From: the human T2T-CHM13v2.0 reference genome, Homo sapiens | Strand: one strand, 5' to 3' | Length of the DNA: 64,000 nucleotides | Assembly: GCF_009914755.1 (NCBI RefSeq) | Contig: NC_060927.1 | Shown here: positions 54,805-64,000 of the stretch, piece after piece | Numbering within the stretch: position 1 is the first letter of the stretch | Layout of the letters: each line of letters begins with the position of its first letter | The notes under the pieces: model-generated | What the model saw: only the letters and a program-made list of their open reading frames with translations | What the model was told of the DNA's origin: nothing | Database searches by the model: none | Program-made: the position numbers and the translations under genes

Positions 54805-55200
54805 TTTCTTGCCTGTGTTACAGCACCACCTTCTAACTGGTCTCCCTGTTTCTATCCATGTTCCCTTGCAGTTTATAGTGCAACATAACTGCCAGAGTTG
54901 TTCTTTAAAAATATGTTAGATCATGTTACTCCTCTGCTTAAAACCTTCTAGCGACTCCCGTCTCACACAGAGCAAACATTGAAGTTCTTACAAAGGCTTA
55001 CAAGTTTTATGATGTGACTTCCTGTCACCCTGTAACCTTCAGTGACACTGGTTTTCTTGCTTTTATTCAGTCATTTCAGGTATGCTCCTGCCTTGAGGCT
55101 TCTATTGTTTCTTATGCTTGGGATTAGCTTTGTCACTTCCTTCAGGCCTTTTCTGAAATCTTCTCAGTGAAACATACCTTGACTACAGTATTTATTTCTG
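54805..55200. mobile_element. L2 fragment
   Basis: ctaactggtctccctg...agatcatgttactcctctgcttaaaaccttc, a typical L2 3' region. Confidence 0.75.
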
Positions 55201-55244
55201 CCTCCTTCCTTCCCCTCACTGACTTAAAACTGGATGCTCCCACA

Positions 55245-55560
55245 GGGCAGTGGGGAGTGGGGGATGAGGAGGGATTGGTTAGTGGGTACCGAAATACCGC
55301 TAGATAGAATAAGATCTAGTCGTTTGATAGCACAACAGGATGTCTATAGCTAACAATAATTTATTGTATATTTCAAAATAGCTAGAAGAGAAGATTTAGA
55401 ATGTTCTCAATACAAAGAAATCATAAATATTTGAGGTGATGGATATTCCATTTACCAAGATTTTCTCATTACACATTGTGTGCTTATATCAGAATATTAC
55501 GTGTACCCCATAAATATGTACAACTATTATACATCCATAAAAAATCAAAATAAAAATAAG
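55245..55560 (+). mobile_element. L1MA (about MA8/9) 3' end
   Basis: acaataatttattgtatatttcaaaatagctagaagagaagattt...gtaccccataaatatgtacaa, then an A-rich tail. Confidence 0.8.
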
Positions 55561-56094
55561 TACTACATGGGAAATTTTAAAAAAGACTACTGTCTCTGGA
55601 AATTGACTGTAGCTGCTACCAAGTTGTCGTTTTTTCAGTCTTTGCTTCTAGAAGTCATTGGTTTCCTTTTCTAAGTCTGGGTTGAAAGGAGCTTAGGTCA
55701 TAGCCCTGTGTTCCCCAGATGCAGGAAGAGTGATAAATCAAGTATCCATCATTTTACACTCACCTAATGGAAGACAGTGTGTCTCTACATTCTGCCTAGG
55801 GGAAGGGGATTATGAGGCAGAACAGAGAAGGAAAAAAATAATCCCACAATTGTCTGTAACACTGCCGTTTACTTCTTTTGAGATTCCTATTAGCAGTAGA
55901 CGAGAGTTTTTCCACCTCTCTCCCATGTACTCTTAAGTACTCGTAGATACTTTGGGACTGTTTTTTTCCCCTGACCTGCATTCTAGAGAGATTTCATCAG
56001 TACTGTCTTGCAACTGTTTTCTTTGAATTCTTTCTAACATGTATCCTCTCTATTGAGGTTTCCTTTTTTCACTGGCAATATTTTTGTGTGATTT

Positions 56095-56545
56095 TATTGT
56101 GATGATATATATATATATATATATATATATAATAAAGTTTACCATTTCACCTCTTTAAGTGTACAATCCAGTGGCATCAAATACATTCACAATGTTGTGC
56201 AGCCGTCATCACAATTCATCTCCAGAACTTTTTCATTATCGCCAAAAGAATCTTTGTCCCTGTTAAACAGTTACTCCCCATTCTCCCTCTACCCAGCCCC
56301 TGGTAATCTCTATTCTATTTTCTGTCTCTATGAATTTTCATATTCTAGGTACCTAATATAAATGGAATAATGACATTTGTCTTTTTGTATCTGGCATATT
56401 TCACTAGCATAGTGCTTTCATGATTCATCTATGTTGTAGAATGTATTAGAATTTCATTCCTTTTTAAGGTTGAATAATATTCCATTGCACTTATATATAC
56501 CACATTTAATTTTTCCATTCATCTATTGATGGACACTTGGGTGTT
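56095..56545 (-). mobile_element. L1MB-type 3' end with (TA)n at about 56105-56131
   Basis: aagtgtacaatccagtggcat...acattcacaatgttgtgcagcc. Confidence 0.75.
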
Positions 56546-56741
56546 AATAGTTTTCGTTTGCAAGTTTCCTAGTTGATTCTATTACATATTATTGGTTCTT
56601 GTTTTATTTGTGCTTGGTTTTGTTTCATACTTTTTCCTTTCTGAAATGGAAGTGATTCTTTTCATTTCTCTAAGCATCTTAAACATTTAAAAATGTTTAT
56701 CAGGCAATTTCATAAAATTAATTTTATCTGAAAAGGATTTA

Positions 56742-57099
56742 CAGATGGTTCCCAGTGTATGATGGTTTGCCTTAAGATTTTTCTACTTTACAGTGGTACG
56801 AAAGTCATATGCATTCAGTAGAAACCATACTTTGGGTACCTGTATAACCATTGTGTTTTTTACTGTCAGTACAGTGTTCAACAAGTTATATGAAATATTT
56901 AGCACTTTACTATAAAACACACTTTTTGTTAGATGATTCTGCCAAACCATAGGGTAATATAAGTGTTCTGAGCACATTTAAGGGAGGATAGGCTAAGCTA
57001 TGGATGTTTGGCAGGTTAAATGCATCTTTGACTTCATGATATTTTCAACTTACAGTGGGTTTATGAGGATGTAACTCTGTTGTAAGTCGAACAGCATTG
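56742..57099 (-). mobile_element. MER47A-like TcMar-Tigger DNA transposon fossil
   Basis: gcattcagtagaaaccatac...gtaatataagtgttctgagcacatttaagg...taggctaagcta...tgtaagtcga matches the remembered MER47A. Confidence 0.8.
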
Positions 57100-57864
57100 T
57101 GTTATTTTTAAGCCTTTGAACATTATAGAGTCTTCATGTGTTGCAGAATTTGGTTTTCAGAAGTGGATTATTTTGTTTCCTCTCTCTGTTTCTGCCTCTG
57201 AGCATATCTGTCTAGTGCTTGAGCAGTTACTGCCGTCTGTCCCCTAACCTCCAGTGTGGAACCAGGTCCTTCAACAGCATTTTAGAGCTTCTTCCCCACA
57301 GTGACACTGGGGCTGTGGTAGATTCTGACCCTTGGCTGAAGTGGGGAGGGGGCTGCTTAAGGTCCAGTCTCCTTAGTCCTGCAGCTTGCTAAAAACCATA
57401 GTCCCAAATGAGGTTTAATAGCAATTGGTGTTGTGTCTCATGTTGGTCTTCTTTTCCGAAACTTCAACCAGTGAATCTGGCCTTGCTTCTCATGTCATTT
57501 TGAGCACTTTTTTGTCCTTGTCATCCCTCTAAGTTCCTAGTCACCAGTGCTGGCTTTTGACTTCAGAGTCCAGAAGACCTATGATTTCACACTGGTTCAC
57601 TGCTGTGTTTTTGTTGTTGTTGTTCTGTTGCTACTACGCTGAGATATTTATTTTATTTTGGAGCCCAAAAATATTTGTATTTTACCTATAATTGCTGTGT
57701 CTTTGGAGCTGAGGAAATATGTCAAAATAAGAACTTACTGAGATATTTTGATAAGACATCTGTAAAAAATATGAAGAACAATATAAAATCTAGCTGATTT
57801 TGACATTTTATTCTAGAAAGTCTTTGCTTAATTCTAAGCAATGGAAATTAAAGTTTAAGAGTCA

Positions 57865-58090
57865 ACAATAGCTACCATTTATTAAATATCCTATACACTA
57901 ATCATTTTATTTGACACTTCACACTTACCACATCACACTTTGGTATCCCAGATTCATAGTGGAATTATCCACTTACTTCCAATGAGGAAGGCAAGGCTTT
58001 GAGAGTTCAAATACCTTTACCAAAGTAGCTTAGCTAGGAAGTGAGGAAACCAGCAGTTGAGGCCAAATTATCATAAGTCCTACGTCTTAG
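57865..58090. mobile_element. MIR SINE fragment
   Basis: aatagctaccatttatt...aatgaggaa...gaggaaaccag core motifs. Confidence 0.6.
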
Positions 58091-58300
58091 AACTTTAAAA
58101 TAGGAACACTCTAAGTTTTTTATAGATCTTAATGATTAAAGTAGCTAAAGACCTAATAGATTAAACTCCAAGGAAATTATATTTTACTTTGTCTTGCATA
58201 TCATTTCTGCATTAATCTTAGTAAAACACAACACTCCTTTAACATCACTCATGTTTCCCTATTTCCATAGTGTCAAATTTAAAATCTCACAGCCTTGTAG

Positions 58301-59125
58301 TGAGTGCAGAGGTCCAGATCCACAGCCCCCGCCTTGGGCGGCTGCAGCCTCACTGGTGCAAGTCTTCTGCCTGCTCCCTGCCCACAAGAGCCCAGGGAGA
58401 CCCAGGTCCACAACCCTGACTTGGGCAGCTGCAGCTGTGCCCAAAACGGTGGGGCTGCTACCTGCTCCTGGCCCCCTGGAGCATGCAGCCCCGCTGCACT
58501 CCCTCACAGCCTGGACCCCAGCCCAGGTCCTTGCTGGGCCCAGGCCAGTGTCCAGGGCAGAGGCAACGTCTCCCCAGGCTCCCTTGGTGGCTCCAGTGCT
58601 CAGGGGCAGCGCAGAGCTCCCCCTCACCTGGCTTGGGGCCCTGCCCAGGGTGGGCACCTCTGGGAGTGGATCACAGGCCTCGGGCCGGCAATTGGGAGTG
58701 ATACTGTGCAGACCCTTATGGGGCAGACCCTGGGGATGCGACCCTGGGCGGGCTTGTGCAGACAGCCTCTTGCAGAGGCCCAGGAACCCAGTGCTGTCTG
58801 TGGGGTGGGCATGGCGACCGTACCTCTGGCTGATCCCCGAAGTGGGCACCACTCTCACTTCCCCCGAAGCGTGGCCCCAAGCACTGCCTCCTCCCTTCAC
58901 CCTCCCTGCAGCAGTGGCAGGAGAGGGCAGTGACTTGGGGACAGGGTCTGGGGCCACAGAGGCTCCGGGCCTGGGGGTGGGTCATGCCCGGCTGTGTAAG
59001 GGTGACGGCGGTGCAGTCAGCTGTCTCCTGGAGGTAGGGCACGGGAGACTCACCACTGCTCCTGCAGCCACTCCTGCTGCCACCGCCCATGCCTCCCCAC
59101 TACAGACGGCCTGCTGCTGCCATCA
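58301..59125 (-). mobile_element. GC-rich MER52-family (ERV1) solo LTR
   Basis: TGA...TCA termini with 4-bp TSD gtag at 58297-58300 and 59126-59129. Minus strand begins tgatggcagcagcaggccgtctg, as remembered for MER52. Confidence 0.7.
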
Positions 59126-59699
59126 GTAGCATGAATTATCTTTAATATGCCTTGCTCATTATTTTCTCTATACCACTTTTTATAGCATAGTACAGTGTTT
59201 AGGGCTCTCTCTCCACCTGCTTACCTTTCAGACCCAAGCCTCTTCTAGGAACTTCACTTTCTTCATGAATCTTTATCTGACTGCAGCAGTTTACAGTGAA
59301 CCTCCTTTTTTAGAACATTAGATGTTATAGTTAATGTCACACATTTAGCACCTATTTGTGCTTTATGTTTAAGTTTTGTTACTAAGATTGTGATTTCCCT
59401 GATTGTTTCTATACATCTCCTAATTATCTCTGCAGCATTCTTAAGATGTGGTATATGGAAATAACTTCAGAAATTTCAACTTATAACCAGTAGCTTGAAG
59501 AAATAAAGGATGTCTTCTCATTCAATTTGAATTTGTGTAGCAAGTCATTATGACTTTCTTCTCAGATATGACATTTATCATTAGCTTACTCCTTTTCATC
59601 TGAGAAGATCAATATGACCTATTTCAAAAAATTAAAGTAAATTAAACCATAGTTATTTTCCTGCTCCCATCTTCCCCAGATACTCAGCCATGCTGATCA

Positions 59700-60060
59700 C
59701 CACAATATTTGGGGTGGGGTGAGAAAAGTGAGTCTCTTGGGCAGTGTCTTACATGGCTGGTGGAGCCGAGTGCCTAATCATTCTGCTTTCCGCTGTGAGA
59801 GAAATTGGAGGGTTATGGAGTTTCTCTTGTTGAGCTGTACTGCTTTGTGGGAGGAGTGATGCAGGTAAAATGAAACTTTCTTCTTACCCTCTTCACTGCA
59901 TCTATTCTGGATTTTTTGCCTCAGTGGTGTACTGAAACTTTTCTGCTGGATTCCTAGACTCCCACAAAGGTACTCTTGTCCGTAAGTTGTGGTCAAAATT
60001 GATGCTTCTTGGGGGCAGATGACAGTAGAAAGCACCTCTTCTGCCATCTTGCTGATATTA
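59700..60060 (-). mobile_element. Old L1M 5'-end fragment
   Basis: Ends in tctgccatcttgctgat (L1 5' motif). Resembles the 20240-20520 region in reverse. Confidence 0.55.
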
Positions 60061-60839
60061 CCTTTGTCACATTTTACTCTTAACAAGCCCTTGATGAAAG
60101 CTTTTATATTAATGAGCTTGTAAATTTTTTGGATATAGATAATGCCATTGCATTATTTCAAGGTGACTTTTTGTAATCTGCTGTGGTAAGTCACACAAAA
60201 TAAGAACACAGTAAAACTGTAAGACATAATCAGATAACATATATTCACTGATGCTCAATTTTACTGCACTGAGTCATCTTTGAACACAGTGGTGCTTTGT
60301 CAGCTGTCTTCTTGTGGAAACAAATAATACTTGATGCTAATTTTGTGGAATACATTTTCCTGTACTTTTTTTTTTCAGATGGATGATATTCCCCTTGGCT
60401 AATAAACGGGTATAAGTTACCTCAATATATCAGTATATTAAGTCTTTGGTCATAGAAAGTTTTTATTGACCCTCAACATTGGTGTGGACATTATAGAAAT
60501 ATTATCAAGTTAGTCCCCGTGCTTTCAGTAACTTTTCATTCAGGTTACTTGTGTTAAGATCTGGAATTTTTACTGTCTTTTGAAAAGGTCCTATGACAGC
60601 TGGTCCCAGTCATACCAGCTTTTTTTCATCTTGGATGTGTGAAATTATTTTCCAACTCAGTGACATCTTGCATACTTTTCTCGTTTGCAGGTGGCACCAT
60701 AACTGGTTTTCTCCCTCCCCACACGCTTTTCATGTCATGATTTTTTTGCATGTATTGGGCCTTGACATTTCTTCAGAGAAGAGTTCATTGATCTGCTCAT
60801 TGTAAATTGTATAACACAGCTAAAATCTTTCATTGTACT

Positions 60840-61202
60840 TGTATTAGTCTGTTCTCATGCTGCTAATAAAGACATATCTGAGACTGGGTAATTTATAAAG
60901 AAGAGATTTAATGGACTCACAGTTCCACGTGGCTAGGGAGACCTCACAATCATGGCGGAAGGCAAAGGAGGAGCAAAGTCACATCTTACATGGCAGCAGA
61001 CAAGAGAGCATGTGCTGGGGAACTCCTCTTTAAAAAAGCCATCAGATCTTGTGAGACTTATTCACTATTATGAGAACAGCCTGGGAAAGACCCACCCCGA
61101 TGATTCAGTTACCTCTCACTGGGTCTCTGCCACAACACATGGGAATTATGAGAGCTACAAGTCAAGATGAGATTTGAGTGGGGACACAGCCAAACCATAT
61201 CA
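60840..61202 (-). mobile_element. THE1 (THE1C-like) MaLR solo LTR
   Basis: tgtattagtctgttctcatgctgctaataaagac...gacacagccaaaccatatca. 5-bp TSD gtact (60835-60839) / gtacc (61203-61207). Confidence 0.9.
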
Positions 61203-61956
61203 GTACCTTTTCATTTTCATTTTAGATTTATTACTGTCCATGTCTGTCTGATTCCCTATTCAGACCAAGAGCTCTCTGAAGATAGAAATCCTGTTCCTTT
61301 TTGTTCACTGATAAATTTTTGACAGTTAGCACAGGGACTGGCATTATAGTGGATGCTGCTTATGAAGTAGTCAGAGAGAATCCAAGCACCTTTCTGTTAC
61401 CAGGTTCAGAATTCCTCTACCAGACTTAGAATTCCTCTGCTGACATTATGTTGCAGGAAAATACAATACCAATATAAGGGAGTATGCATTAAACTTTTCA
61501 AAGTTTAATTGTGTGGGTTCCTCCCCTCCACAACCCCCCACATTTTTCCAGATTTTTTTTTTTAACTGAGGGTATGAGCAAACTTTCAAACAGAAAAATG
61601 TTAAAGGTCATAAATAATTTAAAAAAACTAATCCGAGCAAGACTTGGGTAGTATCATGGTTTTTCATTGAAGGAAAAAAGCTTAGAGTCTGTTCTTTAAA
61701 AAGTGTGTTTTAAGGATAGCATTTATAAAAGTAAAATTGAGGACATACAGTAAAACCCAAATCTCTTTACTTTAATTCAGTTTACTTTCACTGTTGCAGT
61801 ATATCATTATAAAAAGGTCTTTGATCAATTAGATATACTTCTTTTTTATTTGCATAAATTTAAAATTTGAGTTAAACAAGTAGAAAAAGACAGGAGACAG
61901 TTTGCCGAGATTTTTTTCAGAGATAATGTGGCTGTCTTTTGTGGCTCTGGTTCTAG

Positions 61957-62053
61957 GCAGTATGAAACTGTGGTTCCACTTGAAGATTCTATTGTGACTG
62001 AGGTTACAGCAACTCTACAAGAATGGGCAAGTTTGTGGAAACAGTTGTATGTG
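61957..62053 (+). CDS. DOCK3: DOCK3 internal coding exon (97 bp, likely exon 5)
   Basis: Acceptor ggttctag|G and donor GTG|gtaagt. Translates (G)QYETVVPLEDSIVTEVTATLQEWASLWKQLYV, in frame with the 56-bp exon. Confidence 0.95.
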
Positions 62054-62520
62054 GTAAGTAGTTGATTACTGGTTTATTGGATCATTAAAGTTTAGTGTAC
62101 CAAGTAAAAATATTAAACTATGCTAAGTATGCATTTTAGATTTCTGAATATTTGCAGTTTATCAAACATATGTTCTTAATATTTACTGAAACATAGCAGA
62201 CTGAGTTTTTTCAACCTGAGGAGAACACATTATTATTCATATGCCTGTAGTTTCTCTCCTCCAGTCACTGGAATATGTTACATAACACCAGGGATCTTAG
62301 CTGTCTTACTCATTGTTGTGTCCCCAGATGCTTTATAAAACAGATATTTACAGAACAAATGAACCAACTTGAGACTTACTTATTTTTATCTTTTGTGAAC
62401 CCAGTGGTGGGTATAAAGGCCGATAAATTGTGTTAACAGTTTTTAACAGCTACTAAGCTTCAAGGATATGTCATATCTGACACTTTGCTGGCCCAAAAAA
62501 TTAATAGAAAATCTAATAAA

Positions 62521-62728
62521 AGCCAGGCATGATGGCTCACACCTGTAATCCCAGTGCTTTGGGAAGCTGAGGCAGGAGGACTGCTTAAGGCCAGGAGTTT
62601 GAAACCACCGTGGGGGCCACCATCTCTGCACAAAATAAAAAATTTAGTTGGGTGTGGTGGTGTGTGCCTGTAGTCCTAGCTACTTGGGAGGCTAAAGAGT
62701 GAGACCTTGTCTCTTAAAAAAAAAAAAG
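62521..62728 (+). mobile_element. AluJ-like SINE with deleted right-arm core
   Basis: Left arm and linker, then ctacttgggaggct joined directly to agagtgagaccttgtctc and the A tail. Confidence 0.85.
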
Positions 62729-62829
62729 TAATAGTAACCTAATAAAAAAAGTAATAAACTTCTCAGGAAACTTAGAAAGTAGAGAGTGATAAGATGTAGA
62801 AATAATCATAATATCTACACTAAAAGTAA

Positions 62830-64000
62830 GTGACAGGGTTTGGGCTCTGGACGATATGGAGTAAACACATTTTACTTTACTTCTACTAATCACAACAAAA
62901 AGCCCTGGGTAAAACACATAATTCACCTACTGGAAAACTCTGAAAGTCAGAAAAAAGAGAATGAACTACCAAGGGATTTGGGGGCTCAAGGATCAAATGA
63001 ATTCTCTCTCTCTCTCTTTTTTTCTCCTTTCTGTACCTTCATATATCCTGACCTGGTCTCTAGAGAGGCACACAACTTGGAAATGCTAGTGGGTAGAAAC
63101 CAACAAACAAAAGAAAATTAGTGCCAAGGAAAGCCTGTTCTCTCTAGCCAAAGGATAGCCCCAAAAGACAGAAACTTTTAGTAATACTTTACTGTTCTCT
63201 AAGAGAACAGCACAATAAAAGCTGTATTTCTCTCCTACCCTAACAGGCATTTCAGCAGTGGAATCCATAACCAGTACTGTTTTATACATACATCCTCCCC
63301 CTCCTACAGTAACAAGGGGATGCCCCTCTCCAGTGGAGTCTGTAGAATGAACTGGAAAAATCTGGAAAAATGTAGGGGTGGGTGGCAGGGAGGAACCCAG
63401 AAAATTAAACTTTCACCCCCTACCCTATAGTAATGAAGTGGTGCCCCACCTCAGTGGAATATGAAGTAAGGAGGAGGTAACTTTCCATGGAGAAACCTGT
63501 GGTTGGAACTCTTGATTTCTACTTTCCTTGTTGTACTCTCCCCAGCTGAGCCTGTGGGAAGACTCTGACTTCCACCCTCCCTTCCCCGCTGCATTGGTGA
63601 GGCAGACCCTGTGGGATAGTACCCTGTCTTCCATCCTTGCCCTGCTAAAATGAGGCAGTGCTTGTCCCCACCCAAACTCAAACTGAGGAGATAGTAGGGT
63701 GAAGTTACGTCATCTACATAACACAAATGAGGGAAATCAGAAAAGCACTGCAGAGATTTTTGTAACTGGATTGATGTTCAACCACAGCCCATAAAGATGA
63801 GAAGGTTGCAGTTTTAAGCAGGTTGACTACTTGCTAAAATAGATGATTTAAATAGGAACCGGAGTGTCATAGTATAATAATGTTCAGGATATGGCCCAAA
63901 ATTACTTGTCATATGAAAAATCAGGAAAATAGAAACTCAACAGATGCCAATATTGAGATGACACAGATGTGGAATGATTGACAAAGACTTTTAAACAGCT
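62830..64000 (+). mobile_element. Ancient L1ME-like 5' region
   Basis: aatcaggaaaat...aacagatgccaatattgagatgacacagatgtggaat...gacaaagactttaaa.cagct is typical of the L1ME ORF1 start. Its reverse resembles 13500-14260. Confidence 0.55.

Noticed and set aside
58194-59129. 311-aa and overlapping ORFs as a novel gene or CpG-island promoter
   Set aside because: They lie almost entirely within a TSD-bounded LTR, have no recognisable domain, and are open on both strands because of GC richness. CpGs are depleted.
61951-61960. Second AG (tag|gcag|) 4 nt into the DOCK3 exon as an alternative acceptor
   Set aside because: Its use would shift the frame, and the first AG restores the known DOCK3 sequence.

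Overview
Primate genomic DNA (human or a very close great ape), almost all intronic and retrotransposon-derived. Two short + strand coding exons (17982-18037 and 61957-62053) splice in frame to GIFPANYIHLKKAIVSNRG|QYETVVPLEDSIVTEVTATLQEWASLWKQLYV. I recognise this as the end of the DOCK3 SH3 domain and the following segment (likely exons 4 and 5, intron about 43.9 kb). The rest is a dense, nested LINE-1 cluster, mostly antisense to DOCK3, plus Alus, LTRs, DNA-transposon fossils and an ST13 processed pseudogene. All long ORFs in the track are decayed L1 ORF1/ORF2 pieces or antisense/GC-rich by-products. Main observations: (1) a 678-bp perfect inverted repeat between two L1s of different ages that flanks the 56-bp DOCK3 exon, adjoined by a second 65-bp patch shared with a third L1, indicating local inter-L1 gene conversion and an inversion-prone or dsRNA-forming exon; (2) an intronic L1 whose open antisense ORF0 ends at a splice donor in exact phase with the next DOCK3 exon, a candidate ORF0-DOCK3 (SH3-less) fusion; (3) a roughly 110-bp L1 3' transduction; (4) an inverted, locally templated copy of a neighbouring Alu carrying its private 38-bp duplication. 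Repeat subfamily names come from remembered consensus sequences, not from a RepeatMasker run.
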